This document shows positions 29,213-39,205 of a DNA stretch of 64,000 nt, piece by piece. The stretch spans positions 4,446,616-4,510,615 of the forward strand of contig OZ245843.1 in assembly GCA_965228875.1 (NCBI GenBank), read 5' to 3'. Numbering within the stretch: position 1 is the stretch's first letter; every line of letters begins with the position of its first letter. The translations under genes and the position numbers were made by a program. The notes beneath the pieces are model-generated. The model searched no databases, was not told the DNA's origin, and saw only the letters and a program-made list of their open reading frames with translations. Source of the DNA: Thalassobaculaceae bacterium (GTDB lineage: Bacteria; Pseudomonadota; Alphaproteobacteria; Thalassobaculales; Thalassobaculaceae).

Positions 29213-29287
29213 ACCGACCGCGCTCTAAGTCATCAATAATACAGCAAGGTCGCACGATCAGATGTGTCCATCTGATCGCGACGAGCG

Positions 29288-29761
29288 CTAATCCGCGTGC
29301 GCGGCGATCGCCGCCGCCAGGGTGTCCCGGGCCTCGCACCGGCTCGGACACAGGGTCCGCAGGCGGTCGAGGAGTTCCCGCGCCAGATCGGGCTCGCCGG
29401 TCTGCAGGTACAGTTCGCCGAGATACTCCATCGCCTGCAGATGCTCCGGATCCAGGCGCAGGGCATTGAAATAGTACTGCCGCGCGTCGGCGAGGTTGCC
29501 GAGCTTGCGCGTCACGAAGCCGAGATAGTTCCACGCGTCCGGGTTTTTCGGGTTGCGTTTCAGCGACGCCTGCAGAAGCGGCTCGGCCCGCGCGAACTCC
29601 TCCGCCCAGATCAGCGAGACCGCGCGCTCGTACTCCGCGTCCTCGACCGTGGCCGGCGTGTCGTCGGGCGCCGGCGCCATTCCCGAAGCGGGGACCGGCC
29701 CGACGGCGATCAGCGTCAGCACAAGAAGGGCGGCAGGCAGCGGTGCGGATGAGCGAGGCAT
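29288..29761 (-). CDS. Exported TPR-repeat protein
   Basis: Signal peptide; 'NPDAWNYLGFVTRKLG', 'AMEYLGELYL', 'LCPSRCE'. Confidence 0.85.
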   Translation of the reverse strand: MPRSSAPLPAALLVLTLIAVGPVPASGMAPAPDDTPATVEDAEYERAVSLIWAEEFARAEPLLQASLKRNPKNPDAWNYLGFVTRKLGNLADARQYYFNALRLDPEHLQAMEYLGELYLQTGEPDLARELLDRLRTLCPSRCEARDTLAAAIAAHAD

Positions 29762-29786
29762 CGTCAGTCCTCCTGAAGGTCGCGTG

Positions 29787-30347
29787 TCACCGGGGCAGGG
29801 CGCCTTCGATCAGGGCGATGGCCTGCGCGTCGGTCGGCGACACACGGGTCGGGATCGCGGCGACGAGCCTGCCGTCGGGACCGACCAGGTACTTGTGGAA
29901 GTTCCAGCGCGGCGCTTTGTCGGGGCCGCCGGTCTCGGCCGCCCAGCGGTAGAACGGATGCGCGTCCTTCCCGGACACGGTCTGCTTCTCGGTCATCGGG
30001 AAGTCGACCGCGAAATTGGTCTCGCAGAACGTCTTGATCTCGGCTTCGCTGCCCGGTTCCTGGCCGCCGAAATCGTTCGACGGCACCCCGAGCACCACCA
30101 GACCCCGCTCGCGGTAAGTCTCCCACACCTGCTGCAGCCCCGTGTACTGCGGCGTGTACCCGCAGCGCGACGCGGTGTTCACGACCAGCACCGCCTTGCC
30201 CGCGAAATCCGCCATGGGCAGCGGGGTGCCGTCGATCGAGGTGAAGCTGTAGGCGTGAGCCGGGCCGGAGGCGGTTGCGTTCGCGGTCATCGTGCTTCCC
30301 ATCATCAGGCCGAGCGCGGCGAGCGCTCCCAGGATGCGGTCAAGCAT
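29787..30347 (-). CDS. Glutathione peroxidase (Cys-type)
   Basis: 'VNTASRCGYTPQY', 'GVPSNDFGGQEPG', 'PRWNFHKYLV'. Confidence 0.95.
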   Translation of the reverse strand: MLDRILGALAALGLMMGSTMTANATASGPAHAYSFTSIDGTPLPMADFAGKAVLVVNTASRCGYTPQYTGLQQVWETYRERGLVVLGVPSNDFGGQEPGSEAEIKTFCETNFAVDFPMTEKQTVSGKDAHPFYRWAAETGGPDKAPRWNFHKYLVGPDGRLVAAIPTRVSPTDAQAIALIEGALPR

Positions 30348-31017
30348 AGCGCTGCTCCTTCCACGGGTCGCCCAGCATGTGATAGCCGCGCGATTCCCAG
30401 AATCCCTTGATGTCGCGGTCGACGAAGCGGATGGATCGGATCCACTTCGCGCTCTTCCAGAAATAGAGCGTCGGGACGACGAGGCGAGCGGGGCCGCCAT
30501 GCTCGCGGGTCAGCGGCGCGCCGTTCCAGTGGGTGGCGATCAGGCTGTCATCCTCGTGCAGATAGTCGACCGGCAGGTTGGTGGTATAGCCGTCAAAGGA
30601 CTTGATGAGCACGAACCGCGCCTCCTCGCGCGGCCTGACCTCGGCGATGAGATCCCGGGTGGCGACGCCGGCGAAGGTGTCGGCGAGCCGGGACCAGGAC
30701 GTGACGCAGTGGATGTCGACGGTACGCGCGGTCCGCGGGATCAGCGACAGATCGCGGTAGTCGAATCGGGTCGGGACGTCGACCAGCCCCTCGACCGAGA
30801 GGGTCCAGTCCTTCGCCGCGATGTTGGGGTGAGTACCGAGATCCAGCACTGGCCAGTCCCGCGCGATATGCTGGCCGCGCGGCAGCCGCCCGCCCGCCGG
30901 ATCTGGCGTACCGCCCGGCACCGTCGTACCGAAGGTCTTGCGTTCGCGGGCCCAGCGCTGCTTCTCGGCGACCAGCTTGGCGCGTTTGGCGGCGATGCGG
31001 GCGGTGTCGTCGTACAT
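30340..31017 (-). CDS. Sulfite oxidase-like molybdopterin oxidoreductase (YuiH type)
   Basis: 'LPRGQH...WPVL', 'DIHCVTSWS', 'EHGGPARLVVPTLYFWKSAKW', 'GFWESRGYH..GDPW'. Confidence 0.92.
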   Translation of the reverse strand: MYDDTARIAAKRAKLVAEKQRWARERKTFGTTVPGGTPDPAGGRLPRGQHIARDWPVLDLGTHPNIAAKDWTLSVEGLVDVPTRFDYRDLSLIPRTARTVDIHCVTSWSRLADTFAGVATRDLIAEVRPREEARFVLIKSFDGYTTNLPVDYLHEDDSLIATHWNGAPLTREHGGPARLVVPTLYFWKSAKWIRSIRFVDRDIKGFWESRGYHMLGDPWKEQRYA

Positions 31018-31093
31018 GGGCGACAATATGGGCGGGGGCCGGCAGCGGCGCCAAGCCCGCTAACCGAGACGTGATCTCAGGCTGATCGTCCCG

Positions 31094-32653
31094 TCACTCT
31101 TGCTTCGCCCCCCGCGCCTTCGGCCGGTTGTTCGCGCGCTCCCACGCATCGGCCGTCTCCAGTGCGGCCTTGAAGGCTTCGCCGTTCTTCAGCAGATCCG
31201 TCTTGAGGGCGGGATCCAGCGGCTTGGGGTCGTCATAGTCGTCGACCGGCATCTTGCCGTCGCGTACCTCGTCCAGCACCGCGTCGATCGCGGAAGCGGC
31301 GTGGTAGGGGGTCTGAAGCAGCGTGAGCTTGTTCATCTTCCGATGCCCTTCGGGCATGTGGCAGACGGTGCAATCGGCATCGCGGAAGTTCAGCGCCATC
31401 TTGCGGTAGATGTCGTCGATGGCGGCGACCTTGGGATTGTCGTGGCTGTACATCTCGGAGAACAGGGTGACTTCCGGCTGCGCCCTTCCGCTGTCGTCGC
31501 GCCACATCCAGGACCCCAGGAACGTCGGTTGCTCGATCCTGGTGTATGGACCGCGATTGTCGTCCGTGCCGATATTCGAGCGGTAGGCGAACACGACCCT
31601 GCCCTCGTCGGTCATGCGGAACCGCAACTCGTTGGCGTTCTGGTAGGCGTCCCATTTTTCCGGCGCATGCCAGAACGGGTAGGGATAGCGGCCCGGCGGC
31701 ATCTGGTTGCGGAAATAGGCCTGCAGACCGATGGTCGTCAGCCCGTCGGGCGATTCCTGCACCCGATACTCGCCGGTGAACATGTAGAGCGACATGTACA
31801 TGTCCTGGTACAGGTCGCCGCGGAACACCGACGACTTCTTGTCCTTCAGCCAGAACTTCTCGGGCTGCTGGCCGCCGAACAGGAGGTAGTCGTTACGCAT
31901 CCGGGCCTCGGGTCCGGTGCCGATGGCGTCGCGGCAGGCCTGATGGGCCGCCACGTCCCCGGGCGAGGCCATCGGACAGGCCTCGGCGAGGGAGGCGGCC
32001 ACCGCCGCGGCGAACTTCTCGAAATCGAAGCCCTCGTCGGCGTGGGAGTCGGATGCGGGCACAGCGATCAGAATGGCGACCAGGGCGGCCGTCGATGTCT
32101 GCCGCCATCGCCGCGGCAGCATGGAGCGCAGGACGCCGTCCTTGCGGATCGCCGTGTGGTAGACGATCGCGGCGGCGGCATGGGCCACGACGACGGCGAG
32201 CAGGACATAGACGACCACCTGTTTCCAGGCATAGATCTCCATGGCCAACTCGCGATCGTAGTACAGCACGCTTGGAAGTTCGGCGCCCGTGATGCCGAAC
32301 GGGTGGAAGTCGACCGCCTTGGCGTCCAGGTACAGCCAGCCCATGACCGGTGCGACCAGCAGCAGTGCGTAGAGCGCGCCATGCGCCGCCTTGGCGGCGA
32401 TCCGCAGGAGCAGGGGCTCGGGCGGCTCGTGTGCCGGGACCTTGGCCAGCGTCAGGCGCCAGAGCAGCCGGGCGATCACCAGAATGAAGACGAGGACGCC
32501 AAGCGACTTGTGCAGGTCGATCGACCCTTTGACCACGCCGGGAACCAGGGCAAGGCAGAACATGAGAAGAACGAGCGCCGCCATCACCCAGTGAAAGAGA
32601 ATGGTGACCGGATCGTAGGCATCGGTCTTCGACCGTTCTGCACCACTGGTCAT
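31094..32653 (-). CDS. Cytochrome b561 fused to an uncharacterised c-type haem domain
   Basis: N-terminal four-TM cyt b561 with His ligands (FHW, LHKS, AHG, AH...YH); fifth hydrophobic segment; C-terminal CTVCH (31358-31372) and 'GKMP'. Confidence 0.8.
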   Translation of the reverse strand: MTSGAERSKTDAYDPVTILFHWVMAALVLLMFCLALVPGVVKGSIDLHKSLGVLVFILVIARLLWRLTLAKVPAHEPPEPLLLRIAAKAAHGALYALLLVAPVMGWLYLDAKAVDFHPFGITGAELPSVLYYDRELAMEIYAWKQVVVYVLLAVVVAHAAAAIVYHTAIRKDGVLRSMLPRRWRQTSTAALVAILIAVPASDSHADEGFDFEKFAAAVAASLAEACPMASPGDVAAHQACRDAIGTGPEARMRNDYLLFGGQQPEKFWLKDKKSSVFRGDLYQDMYMSLYMFTGEYRVQESPDGLTTIGLQAYFRNQMPPGRYPYPFWHAPEKWDAYQNANELRFRMTDEGRVVFAYRSNIGTDDNRGPYTRIEQPTFLGSWMWRDDSGRAQPEVTLFSEMYSHDNPKVAAIDDIYRKMALNFRDADCTVCHMPEGHRKMNKLTLLQTPYHAASAIDAVLDEVRDGKMPVDDYDDPKPLDPALKTDLLKNGEAFKAALETADAWERANNRPKARGAKQE

Positions 32654-32826
32654 GTCTTCCTCCCGCACAACAGGCCTTGACCGAAAGGATGACACAATAT
32701 TCGTTCGTTTTGCTCTCTATTCTTGGTGGTGCCGAAATGCTGTTTATTGATAAGTGGTTGCGGTCCGGTCTTCACGGCGATCCCGGCGACGGACGTGTGA
32801 TGCGCCGCCCATTCAGCGCCGCCCGT

Positions 32827-33630
32827 TCAGTGCCGGGTGAACAGGATGTTGCCGGTGTATTGCGTACCGGTGGTCTTCTCCCGCACGGCCCGTTCCATGG
32901 CCGCGTCCTTGCGGAAGCCGGCGGCGACGAGGGTGTCGATCACCGGGCCCTGGAAATTGTTCTCCAGCATGAGCTCGATCATGATGCTCCGCAGCCGAGG
33001 ATCGGCCAGCAGGCGTTTCGCCCCGGCGACAACGGCGTGCTCGATGCCGTCCACATCGACCTTCAGGTGGGTCGGACAGGGCAGCCCCTGCTCGTAGATC
33101 AGGTGGTCGAGGGGATAGGTTGACACGCCCTGCAGGCTCGTCGGCCCCGCGGCATGACAGGGTTTGCTGTCCACCACCTGGACCTGGTGACCGCTCTGTC
33201 CGGCCGGCCCCCAGCGGACCTCCATCGGCCCCAGACCGATCTTGTCGCTGATCCCGATGCAGAAGGCCTGGACCTTGTCCGTAAGGCGGTTCTCCCGCAG
33301 GTTGACCATGAGGGTTGCGTAATTGCTCGCCTCCGGTTCGAAGGCGATCACGCGGGCCGAGCGCGCCGCCGCCGCCCAGACCGAGTAGAGACCCATATTG
33401 GCGCCGACGTCGAACAGCACGTCGTCCGCGCGCAGCGTGTTGAGCCAGCTGATCGTTTCCGGCTCCTTCGTGAAGTACTCCAGCACGCGCCAGGCACAGA
33501 GCCGGGTGGAGTTGTCCATGGTGAGATCGAACGCCCCGAACTTCAGGGAGATCGTTGGGCGGTCGGCCTCGTAGCGTGCCGCACGATCCATCATCCTCTG
33601 GCGCTGTTCGTCAGAGACGTTGAGTTGCAT
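32827..33630 (-). CDS. FkbM family methyltransferase
   Basis: 'KEPETISWL', 'FDVGANMGLYS', 'AFEP', 'LKVDVDGIE'. Confidence 0.92.
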   Translation of the reverse strand: MQLNVSDEQRQRMMDRAARYEADRPTISLKFGAFDLTMDNSTRLCAWRVLEYFTKEPETISWLNTLRADDVLFDVGANMGLYSVWAAAARSARVIAFEPEASNYATLMVNLRENRLTDKVQAFCIGISDKIGLGPMEVRWGPAGQSGHQVQVVDSKPCHAAGPTSLQGVSTYPLDHLIYEQGLPCPTHLKVDVDGIEHAVVAGAKRLLADPRLRSIMIELMLENNFQGPVIDTLVAAGFRKDAAMERAVREKTTGTQYTGNILFTRH

Positions 33631-33744
33631 CGCTCCCTCCCGCTGATGCGACGACGGACCCACCGCGCCAGGCGGAGGGTCCGTCGGAATGCCGTTCTTC
33701 GCCGTCGCGGTCCGGACCGATCGGCCGGTGCCGCCGCGGCGGGC

Positions 33745-34467
33745 TCAGTACATGTGCTGGCCGCCGTTGATGCTCAGCGTCGAGCCGGTGATGAAACCGC
33801 CCTCGTCGGCGGTCAGGAACACCACGCCGCGGGCGATCTCCGAGGCGTGACCGAGGCGGTTGACCGGGATGCGCGCCTTGATCTTCTCGAGTACGTCCGC
33901 CGGAACGGCGGCGACCATGTCGGTGTCGATGTAACCCGGCGCGATGGCGTTGACGGTGATGCCGGCCCGCGCGCCCTCCTGGGCCAGGGCCTTGGTGAAG
34001 CCGTGGATGCCGGACTTGGCGGCGGCGTAGTTCACCTGGCCGTACTGGCCGGCCTGGCCGTTGATGGAGCCGATGTTGACGATCCGGCCGAACTTGCGTT
34101 CGCGCATGCCCTCGATGACGTTGCGGCACATGTTGAAGCAGGAGCCGAGGTTGGTGTCGATCACCGCCTGCCAGGCGTCGTGGCTCATCTTGTGGATGGT
34201 GCCGTCACGGGTGATGCCGGCGTTGTTCACCAGGATGTCGACCGCGCCGACCTCCGCCTCGACCTGGGCGACGCCCGCCTTGCAGGCATCGAAGTCGGAG
34301 ACGTCCCACTTGAACGCCGGGATACCGGTCCGCTCGGTGAACGCCTTCGCCCGCTCGTCGTTGCCGCCGTAATTCGCGGCGACCGTGCACCCGGCCTCCT
34401 TGAGGGCGACGCAGATCGCCTCGCCGATTCCGCGGGTACCGCCGGTCACCAATGCTACGCGTGCCAT
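33745..34467 (-). CDS. phaB: Acetoacetyl-CoA reductase
   Basis: 'MARVALVTGGTRGIG', 'SINGQAGQYGQVNYAAAK', 'GSTLSINGGQHMY'; follows the thiolase. Confidence 0.96.
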   Translation of the reverse strand: MARVALVTGGTRGIGEAICVALKEAGCTVAANYGGNDERAKAFTERTGIPAFKWDVSDFDACKAGVAQVEAEVGAVDILVNNAGITRDGTIHKMSHDAWQAVIDTNLGSCFNMCRNVIEGMRERKFGRIVNIGSINGQAGQYGQVNYAAAKSGIHGFTKALAQEGARAGITVNAIAPGYIDTDMVAAVPADVLEKIKARIPVNRLGHASEIARGVVFLTADEGGFITGSTLSINGGQHMY

Positions 34468-34616
34468 GTCTTTCCTCCCTGCCTGTTCACGTCCTCGCGG
34501 ACTCGCCTTCGGACCACGTTGGACCGTGACCGCCGCTCCGCCGGCATCGACCGGAGGGCGGCGGCCCGCTAGGCCCAGATGATTGCACGTCTTTCGGTTT
34601 CAGTCGCCGTTTACGC

Positions 34617-35795
<1,179 letters not shown>

Positions 35796-36003
35796 CGGGT
35801 CTCTCCTCCTGGATGACGTTGTTGGCACGCTGCGCACCGGGTGCGGCAACGCGCGGAATTCCAAGGTTTCAGGTCCTTCCGGCCCTTGCGGTCAACATAG
35901 GACGCGCCGGGTGATGCCACAACCGCGGCGGGCGCGGGTTGATGTGGATCAAGGGGAGAAGGGGCCGGTCAGTTCCGTGCCGCCGGCGTCGCGGACGCTG
36001 ACG

Positions 36004-36570
36004 CTACGCACCGCGCCCCGGCCACATCCGCCAGAGCAGTCCGTCGCGCCTGAAGACCTGGTGGCGAATGACGATGAAGAGGTGCCCCGCGATCGCCGCC
36101 GCCAGCGCGTAGCTCGAGACGATATGCACCCACTTCGCCACCAGGGCCAGCGTCTCCACCTTGCCGATCGGATTGGCCAGCGGCCACGTGCCGAACAGCA
36201 GCACCCCGTACCCTCCGGCCATGACATAGACGTAGCCGCTGACCGGCATGACGAACATGGCGGTGTAGAGCAGCCGCTCGTTGCCGTGGGTGAAGCGCCG
36301 CTCCCCGTCGGACAGGGTGGGCGCCCACGCGGGCAGGTCGCCGATGCTCCGGTTGACGAGCCTGAGGATCGCGATGGCCAGGGTGACCAGACCGAGCGAC
36401 TTGTGCCAGTCGTAGTAGTCGGACTGCGACAGCCCGAGCACCACGTCGCCCCATTCGATCCGCGTCATGATGTTGCCGCCGGCATACTGCAGGGCGAACA
36501 GGATCACGATCAGCCAGTGTGCCAGCTTGGTCAGCGCGCCATACCGCGCTTGAGAGTTCGTCAGCTGCAT
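36004..36570 (-). CDS. Cytochrome b561
   Basis: 'RYG...LAHW', 'WHKSLG', 'VH', 'GHL...RH' four-TM pattern. Confidence 0.9.
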   Translation of the reverse strand: MQLTNSQARYGALTKLAHWLIVILFALQYAGGNIMTRIEWGDVVLGLSQSDYYDWHKSLGLVTLAIAILRLVNRSIGDLPAWAPTLSDGERRFTHGNERLLYTAMFVMPVSGYVYVMAGGYGVLLFGTWPLANPIGKVETLALVAKWVHIVSSYALAAAIAGHLFIVIRHQVFRRDGLLWRMWPGRGA

Positions 36571-36809
36571 CCGCCGGCTCCCGTCCGTTGCCCGTGACGG
36601 CATCTTAGGCGAGGAGCGCCGGCCTGTATCGCCGTCCAGTCAAGGTCGGGAACTGTCATCGTCTTCCGTCCCGTTGGAGGCGCGGCTGGCAAGGTCCGCC
36701 CTGCCGCTTCGTGCCAAATCCGTCGTCATTCTACCTAGAATAGAGTATATTCCAGGAAAATAACCGCGTCGGGCGGGCCGCGCGGAGTGCGGGTGAGGGG
36801 CGGGCGAAG

Positions 36810-39125
36810 ATGTTTGGTGTTCTGAGGCGCATCCTGAAGAAGATCGGCAATATGCGGCCGAGCGGCCTGGTGATCGCGGTCGTGGCGATCGGCCTTTTCG
36901 TCGCGGCATCGGTCGTCAACTTCCTGCTGGAGGTGGTGGCCGACAACTACCGCGGCCCCGACCGGCACGGTGACGTGGTCGCGAGTGCGCCGGATTTCTC
37001 GGATGGGCTGACGGCGCTGCCGGAATACCTCGATCAGGGCTGGGACGCCCGCGACAGCCAGTGGTTCTACAACACGACCCAGGGCTCGAACCTGCTGCCC
37101 TACGCGTTTCTGCTGGCGCTCGAGCGCTCGGCGAAGGATCGCGATGCGTCGACCTGCGAGCGCGGCGGAGAGAGGGCGGCATGGTTTCTGTGTGACGCCC
37201 ATGTGGACGCGTACCGGTACCTGCCGCAGGCGGCGAGCGACTGGAACCCGGACGCGCTGCCCGTCGGCTTCGTCAGGGACACCTACCAGGGGGCCGAGTA
37301 TGTCGGCTACACCTGCGCCGCCTGCCATACCGGTCAGCTCCACTACAAGGGCCGGGCCCTGCGCATCGACGGTGGTCCGGCGATGGCCGATATCGACGGC
37401 TTCCTGCGCGCGATGGCGGCCGCCCTGGCGGAGACCGTTCCGCCTGCCGACGGCGCCAGCGATCGGTTCGAGCGATTCGCCCGGCGGGTGATGGACCGGG
37501 ACGCCGGCTTCGAGACGCCCGGCCAGGTGGAGGCCGCGCTGCGGGACTGGGCCGATGCCCGGGCTCTCTACAACGCGGTCAACTACAGTCTCGAGGATCG
37601 CGGCGACGGCGAGGCACGGGCGCTCAAATACGGGTTCGCCCGCCTCGACGCGTTCGGCCGGATCTACAACCGGATCCTCCAGCACGTCGTGAACAAGGAG
37701 CAGTTGGGGCGGCGCCTGGCCGACGCGACCAGGAACGGCGCGCCGCTGATGAGCGAGGACCAGGTCGATACGGTCCTGGCGTTCATCCCGGACGACAACC
37801 TGATCCTGAGCCGGGAACAGTTCATCCGGGTCAGACGCAATCTCGCCCGCACCGGAGACGGCTATCCCGGCCTGTCGCCGCAGGATCTCGTGACGGTGCA
37901 AGCGCAGCTGTTCAACTCGCCGAACGCGCCGGTGAGCTATCCGTTCCTTTGGGACACGCCGCACTCGGACTACGTTCAGTGGAACGGTCTCGGCGGCAAC
38001 GCCACGCTCGGCCCCCTCGGCCGCAACACCGGCGAGGTGCTGGGCGTCTTCGCGACCATCGACTGGCGCGAGGACACCAGCCTGCTCACCCGCATTCTGA
38101 ACTTCAGCCTGTCCGCCAAACTCAGCGGCCAGGAGACGAAGGCCCGCTTCGTGAGCTTCGACAGCTCCGTGGACAAGCGGAACCTGCAGCGCATCGAGGC
38201 CCGGCTGGCGACCCTCAAATCACCCCGCTGGCCGTTCTGCCGAGACCTGGACGCGCCGCCCGGGGCCGCGGCCTACTACCTGCCGGAAGGACCGGCGGAC
38301 ACGCCCGTGGACCGGCGTGCGTGCAACGACGGAGACGGTCGCCTGGACCCCGACCTCGTGCGCCAGGGCCGCGACCTCTACGTCACCCATTGCCAGGGCT
38401 GTCACGTGGTGTTCGAGCGCGGGGCCTGGGACCGGGTCATGGTCAGCCAGATGCTCGGCATCGACAGCCCGGAGACGACCGACCCGGCGACCGCCGAGAA
38501 CAGCGTGCGTTACCGCGGACCGTCCGGAAACTTCGCCAACACCTATCAGTCGACGGTGGCCGGTACCGTGATCGTCGCCGATCAGGCGCCGGTGGTGCAG
38601 AGCCTCAGCGCCGCCGTGAAAGGGGTGATCGCCACCGGCGACCCCGATCGGGGGTGGTTCGAGGGCGCGATCGACTGGGCGACGACCCTGTACCTGGCGC
38701 TGCGGGAGAATCCGGTGAAGGAGAGCGTGAAGGCGGGCAGCTACAGCCCGGATTCCACCTCGGTCCCCTATGCCAGCCTGCTGGCCTATCGCGGTCGCTC
38801 GCTGAACGGCGTCTGGGCGACCGGCCCATTCCTGCACAACGGATCGGTGCCGACCCTGTACGACCTCCTGCTGCCGGTGACGGCGAGGCCGATCCCGGAC
38901 GATCCCGACGGCCGGGTCTGCAGCAAGACCCGGCCGGACCGGTTCCTGGTCGGCTCGCGGGAGTTCGACCCGGCAAAAGTCGGTTTCCGATCCGAAGGGT
39001 ACGACGCAGGGTTCGTGTTCCGGGTCGACCGGCGCGGCAACCGGAACATGGGGCACGAGTACGGCGCCTGCGGCATGAGCGACGCCGAACGCTGGGCGTT
39101 GATCGAGTACCTGAAGTCGCTCTGA
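36810..39125 (+). CDS. Di-haem cytochrome c, RoxA-like/bCcP-MauG superfamily
   Basis: CAACH (37314-37328), CQGCH (38391-38405), 'RLDAFGRI', 'LNGVWATGPFLHNGSVPTLYDLL', 'GN.NMGHEYG', 'ALIEYLKSL'; N-terminal TM. Confidence 0.88.
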   Translation: MFGVLRRILKKIGNMRPSGLVIAVVAIGLFVAASVVNFLLEVVADNYRGPDRHGDVVASAPDFSDGLTALPEYLDQGWDARDSQWFYNTTQGSNLLPYAFLLALERSAKDRDASTCERGGERAAWFLCDAHVDAYRYLPQAASDWNPDALPVGFVRDTYQGAEYVGYTCAACHTGQLHYKGRALRIDGGPAMADIDGFLRAMAAALAETVPPADGASDRFERFARRVMDRDAGFETPGQVEAALRDWADARALYNAVNYSLEDRGDGEARALKYGFARLDAFGRIYNRILQHVVNKEQLGRRLADATRNGAPLMSEDQVDTVLAFIPDDNLILSREQFIRVRRNLARTGDGYPGLSPQDLVTVQAQLFNSPNAPVSYPFLWDTPHSDYVQWNGLGGNATLGPLGRNTGEVLGVFATIDWREDTSLLTRILNFSLSAKLSGQETKARFVSFDSSVDKRNLQRIEARLATLKSPRWPFCRDLDAPPGAAAYYLPEGPADTPVDRRACNDGDGRLDPDLVRQGRDLYVTHCQGCHVVFERGAWDRVMVSQMLGIDSPETTDPATAENSVRYRGPSGNFANTYQSTVAGTVIVADQAPVVQSLSAAVKGVIATGDPDRGWFEGAIDWATTLYLALRENPVKESVKAGSYSPDSTSVPYASLLAYRGRSLNGVWATGPFLHNGSVPTLYDLLLPVTARPIPDDPDGRVCSKTRPDRFLVGSREFDPAKVGFRSEGYDAGFVFRVDRRGNRNMGHEYGACGMSDAERWALIEYLKSL

Positions 39126-39205
39126 TGGCGGGGCGGCGACCCGTTGGCGCGGGTGGATCGCCCCACACTCAGGCCCCAACGTGAGGCCGCAGCCTCAGGT
39201 TGGGG

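Noticed and set aside
29787..30347. Selenocysteine recoding in the glutathione peroxidase
   Set aside because: The active-site codon encodes Cys (TASRCG); no in-frame TGA.
33653..33685. Hairpin after phaB as a REP/MITE family member
   Set aside because: No second copy found in the window; simplest reading is a terminator-like stem.
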